Source: an uncultured Acidobacteriaceae bacterium
GTDB taxonomy: Bacteria; Acidobacteriota; Terriglobia; Terriglobales; Acidobacteriaceae
Direction of reading: 5' to 3'
DNA: 64,000 nt
Assembly: GCA_963793885.1 (NCBI GenBank)
Contig: CAWCBQ010000003.1
Span: forward strand, 974,456-1,038,455
Under the pieces are notes generated by a model. That model did not search any database. It had not been told where the DNA came from and was given only the letters and a program-made list of their open reading frames with translations. The position numbers and the translations under genes are program-made. Below, piece by piece: positions 60,736 through 64,000 of the stretch (position 1 is the first letter of the stretch; every line of letters begins with the position of its first letter).

Positions 60736-60903
60736 CTACAGGACGCGGGCGATTTCCTGTTGGGGCTTGACTGGGGCTGGGCGTCTTTGCGGGCGGATGA
60801 GTGCGAATCCCAGGCGTAGAATCCCATAAGCCGCGAGGATTCCGAACGCCATCGACCCTACCGATGCGCAAATCAACATCGTCAAATTCAGCAAATTCGA
60901 CAT
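60736..60903 (-). CDS. possible 55-aa single-TM small protein (below the ORF-track cutoff)
   Basis: ATG 60903 preceded by a GGGTGGG RBS-like stretch. Translation MSNLLNLTMLICASVGSMAFGILAAYGILRLGFALIRPQRRPAPVKPQQEIARVL, stop TAG 60736-60738. Divergent from uvrA. Weak evidence only. Confidence 0.25.
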   Translation of the reverse strand: MSNLLNLTMLICASVGSMAFGILAAYGILRLGFALIRPQRRPAPVKPQQEIARVL

Positions 60904-61021
60904 CGATCCCACCCTGGTTCAATGGATTTGACGTCCGCCACGCGCGCGTACGGTTGAATGAAACCTTACCAGAACTATTATAAAGGGTTAGAGGCGATTC
61001 TTCTCAAAAGAAGCTGCCGCG

Positions 61022-61051
61022 TTGACCCCCTTTTCTATTGACCAATAGAAT
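61022..61051 (+). promoter_or_regulatory. putative sigma-70-type promoter for uvrA
   Basis: TTGACC (61022-61027), 18 nt spacer, TAGAAT (61046-61051), 75 nt upstream of the uvrA ATG. Pattern match only. Confidence 0.3.
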
Positions 61052-61125
61052 ACTCTCAGGGTGCAAAAATTCGGTGACATACCTCACACCACCCTTGAAA
61101 GCGCGACCTTTCAAAGACTCTCGCC

Positions 61126-64000
61126 ATGGCCATCACTCACATCTCGGTGCGCGGGGCGCGCCAGCACAATCTGCGCGACATCTCGGTGCGGATTCCGCGC
61201 AACACGCTGACGGTGGTCACGGGTCTTTCCGGCTCGGGCAAGAGTTCGCTGGCCTTCGACACGATTTACGCGGAGGGGCAGCGGCGCTATGTGGAAACGC
61301 TGTCGGCTTACGCGCGGCAGTTTCTTGACCAGATCGAGCGGCCCGACGTGGACTCGATCGAGGGGCTGAGCCCGGCCATTTCGATCGAACAGAAGACGAC
61401 CAGCCGCAGTCCCCGGTCCACTGTGGGGACGATCACCGAAATCTACGACTACCTGCGGCTGCTGTATGCCTCGGTGGGGACGCCTCATTGTCCCAACTGC
61501 GGTCGGCCTATCGCGCGCCAGTCCGCGGAACAGATTGCGCAGCGGATTCTCGAACTTGGGCGCGGCGAGCGGGTCACGGTGATGGCGCCGATCGTGCGCG
61601 GACGCAAGGGCGAGTTCAAGGAACTGCTCGATCAGCTCGATCAGCAGGGATTCCGCGCGCGGGTGGACGGCGAGATGCGCGATCTGTCAGAACCGCTGCT
61701 GCTGGACCGGCGCAAGAACCATACCATCGAAGCGATGGTCGACCGCATCCTGCTGAAGCCCGCAGCCGCCGATGCGCCCCCGCCGCCGGCGGGCAAGCCA
61801 TCGATGGAAAAACGTCTGGACCAGGCGGTGAGCAAGGCTCTGCAACTGGCGAATGGACTGGTTTTGGCTGCGGTTGCGGGCGGCGAAGAGCAACTGTTCT
61901 CGTCGTCGATGGCGTGCCCCGACTGCGGACTCGATGTGCCCATGCTGGAGCCGCGCAGCTTCAGCTTCAACTCCGCCTTCGGCGCCTGCCCGGAGTGCCA
62001 CGGCCTGGGCTCGCTCTACGACCTCGATCCCGCCAAGGTGATTACCGACTGGTCAAAACCGCTGTTTGATGGAGGACTTGGTCCCGGGTCTTCTTCGCAA
62101 TACCTGCTCAAGCTGGTTCACCTGGCTGCAGAACGCTACAAGATAGATCTCAAGCTGCCGTTTGAAGACCTGCCGGTGAAGCAGCAGCATGTGCTGGTCT
62201 ATGGGCCACCGAAGAATGAAGCGCCGCGCACCGGGTTTCACGGCATTCTGGACTTTCTGCGCGACAGCATCGACGAGGCACGCAGCGAAGGCTACCGCGA
62301 TTACATGATGAACTTCATGTCGGCCACGCCGTGCCCGGTTTGCCGTGGCAAGCGGCTGCGGCCGGAGTCACTAGCGGTGAAGATCGGCGGGCTTTCGATT
62401 GCGGACTTCACTTCCCTGCCCTTGAACCGCGCTCTCTCCGCGGCCATCAATTTGAGCTTTACCGCGCGCGAGGCGCTGATCGCCGAGCGCATTCGCCGGG
62501 AAGTTGTGGAACGGCTGGAGTTTCTCTGTGCGGTGGGCCTGAATTACCTTTCTCTCAATCGCAACGCAGCCACGCTTTCAGGGGGGGAGGGCCAGCGCAT
62601 CCGTCTCGCCACTCAAATTGGTTCGCGGCTGCGGGGGGTTTTGTATGTTCTCGACGAGCCTTCGATCGGCTTGCACCAGCGCGACAATATGCGCTTGATC
62701 CAGGCACTTGAACGGCTCCGCGACCTGGGCAACACGGTGCTGGTGGTGGAGCATGACGAAGACACCATCCGTCACGCGGACTACGTGGTGGATCTTGGCC
62801 CGGGCGCGGGACGGCTGGGCGGCTCGGTTGTGGCCGAAGGCACGCCGGCTGAGATCATGGCCGCGCCGGAGTCGCTGACCGGCCGCTATCTCTCAGGAGC
62901 CGCCACCATGCTGCAGCGGAGCAAGCCGCGCCCGCTGACCGGAAAATGGCTGGTGGTGACGGGGGCACGGGAACACAACCTCCAGGATCTGACCATCCGC
63001 ATTCCGGTGGGGATCATGACGGTGGTGACCGGTGTAAGCGGCAGCGGCAAGAGCACGCTGATCAACGACATTCTCTACCGCTCGCTGGCCAAGACAATTT
63101 ATGGCTCCCGTGAGGAGCCGGGCGCGCACGACACCCTCAGCGGCGCCGAACAGATCGACAAGGTGGTGCGCATCGATCAGTCGCCGATCGGGCGCACGCC
63201 GCGCTCGAACCCCGCGACCTATACGCAGGTGTTCTCGCCGATTCGTGACCTGTTTGCGATGCTGCCAGAGAGCCGCGAGCGCGGTTACAAGGCCGGGCGC
63301 TTCAGCTTCAACGTGTCTGGCGGGCGCTGCGAGGCCTGCCAGGGGGATGGCCAGCGGCGCATCGAAATGAGTTTTATGCCCGATGTCTACGTGCAGTGCG
63401 AGGTGTGCAACGGGCGGCGCTACAACCAGGAAACGCTGGCCGTGAAATTTCATGGACATTCGATCGCCGACATTCTGGACCTCACGATTGAAGATGCATT
63501 GCCGGTGCTCGCGGACGTGCCGCAGGTGCGGCAGAAGCTGCAGACGCTTGTCGATGTGGGTCTGGGCTACGTGCACCTGGGGCAAAGTGCGACGACGTTG
63601 TCAGGCGGCGAGGCGCAGCGGATGAAGCTGGCGCGCGAACTCTCGAAGCGGCAGACCGGGCGAACGCTCTATCTGCTGGATGAACCCACCACCGGTCTGC
63701 ACTTCGACGACGTGCGCAAGCTGCTGGAAGTGCTGCACAGGCTGGCGGATCTTGGGAACTCCGTGATCATCATCGAGCACAACCTTGACGTGATTCGCAA
63801 CGCGGACTGGGTTCTGGATCTTGGGCCTGAAGGCGGCGAAGACGGAGGCCGCGTGGTGGGCGAAGGCCGGCCGGCGAAGATTGCCGCCACGCCGGGCTCG
63901 TATACGGGACAATTTCTGATGCGGTATTACACGGCCAGCAATGGGCGGCTGGCGAAGGCTGAACCTGAAGAGGATGTACTATCGGTAGCAGCGGGCGGCG
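61126..64000 (+). CDS. uvrA: excinuclease ABC subunit A, 3'-truncated by the window edge
   Basis: Not in the ORF track because there is no stop codon in the window. Frame open from ATG 61126: [57 protein letters not shown]..., Zn modules CPNCG / CPDCG...CPECHG / CPVCRGKR / CEACQGDG...CEVCNG, LSGGE signatures and a second Walker [10 protein letters not shown]. Confidence 0.97.
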   Translation, partial: MAITHISVRGARQHNLRDISVRIPRNTLTVVTGLSGSGKSSLAFDTIYAEGQRRYVETLSAYARQFLDQIERPDVDSIEGLSPAISIEQKTTSRSPRSTVGTITEIYDYLRLLYASVGTPHCPNCGRPIARQSAEQIAQRILELGRGERVTVMAPIVRGRKGEFKELLDQLDQQGFRARVDGEMRDLSEPLLLDRRKNHTIEAMVDRILLKPAAADAPPPPAGKPSMEKRLDQAVSKALQLANGLVLAAVAGGEEQLFSSSMACPDCGLDVPMLEPRSFSFNSAFGACPECHGLGSLYDLDPAKVITDWSKPLFDGGLGPGSSSQYLLKLVHLAAERYKIDLKLPFEDLPVKQQHVLVYGPPKNEAPRTGFHGILDFLRDSIDEARSEGYRDYMMNFMSATPCPVCRGKRLRPESLAVKIGGLSIADFTSLPLNRALSAAINLSFTAREALIAERIRREVVERLEFLCAVGLNYLSLNRNAATLSGGEGQRIRLATQIGSRLRGVLYVLDEPSIGLHQRDNMRLIQALERLRDLGNTVLVVEHDEDTIRHADYVVDLGPGAGRLGGSVVAEGTPAEIMAAPESLTGRYLSGAATMLQRSKPRPLTGKWLVVTGAREHNLQDLTIRIPVGIMTVVTGVSGSGKSTLINDILYRSLAKTIYGSREEPGAHDTLSGAEQIDKVVRIDQSPIGRTPRSNPATYTQVFSPIRDLFAMLPESRERGYKAGRFSFNVSGGRCEACQGDGQRRIEMSFMPDVYVQCEVCNGRRYNQETLAVKFHGHSIADILDLTIEDALPVLADVPQVRQKLQTLVDVGLGYVHLGQSATTLSGGEAQRMKLARELSKRQTGRTLYLLDEPTTGLHFDDVRKLLEVLHRLADLGNSVIIIEHNLDVIRNADWVLDLGPEGGEDGGRVVGEGRPAKIAATPGSYTGQFLMRYYTASNGRLAKAEPEEDVLSVAAGG

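Noticed and set aside
61094-61116. Imperfect palindrome cttgaaag-cgcgac-ctttcaaag upstream of uvrA as a LexA/SOS box
   Set aside because: It does not match any LexA box I know (CTGT-N8-ACAG, GAAC-N4-GTTC, GTTC-N7-GTTC). The right arm has an extra base, and the cctttcaaag motif also occurs in unrelated intergenic regions, so it is more likely part of the dispersed repeat family.

Overview
High-GC (roughly 60%) bacterial chromosomal segment. Its gene content looks like Acidobacteriota (Terriglobia-like): a PadR + ADOP-type duplicated FtsX permease pair, Tat-signal Gfo/Idh/MocA oxidoreductases, GH29/GH51 hydrolases, a long Sel1-repeat protein and TonB-like proteins. All family calls come from reading motifs in the translations; no searches were run.

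Most of the window is ordinary housekeeping: ileS-lspA, an M1 aminopeptidase, polA, queA, recG, pncB, apt, glnII (GSII type), ltaE and uvrA. uvrA runs off the 3' end, so it is missing from the ORF track. There are also two two-component systems, an ABC-2 exporter, a PP2C/Ser-Thr kinase pair and carbohydrate-utilisation genes. I found no rRNA, tRNA or CRISPR array.

I do not see a compelling novel multi-gene system. Things worth a second look:
1. A 5.5 kb block (6308-11863) where five consecutive genes carry ten frameshifts, eight of them of the one-extra-base type.
2. A decayed IS5-family element with perfect inverted repeats and a CTAG duplication, sitting on the stop codon of the upstream gene.
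3. A Sel1-repeat gene flanked by two paralogous TonB-like, C-domain-less proteins carrying K-V-A-x-x-x-I-P-G repeats.
4. An orphan AAA+ ATPase behind a 520 bp repeat-littered intergenic region.
5. A small islet between pncB and apt with a PD-(D/E)XK-like protein and a PIN-toxin remnant.
6. A KdpD/KdpE-like pair with no kdp pump, next to a beta-barrel and an APC transporter.

Start codons are approximate wherever the ORF track begins at an upstream alternative start.
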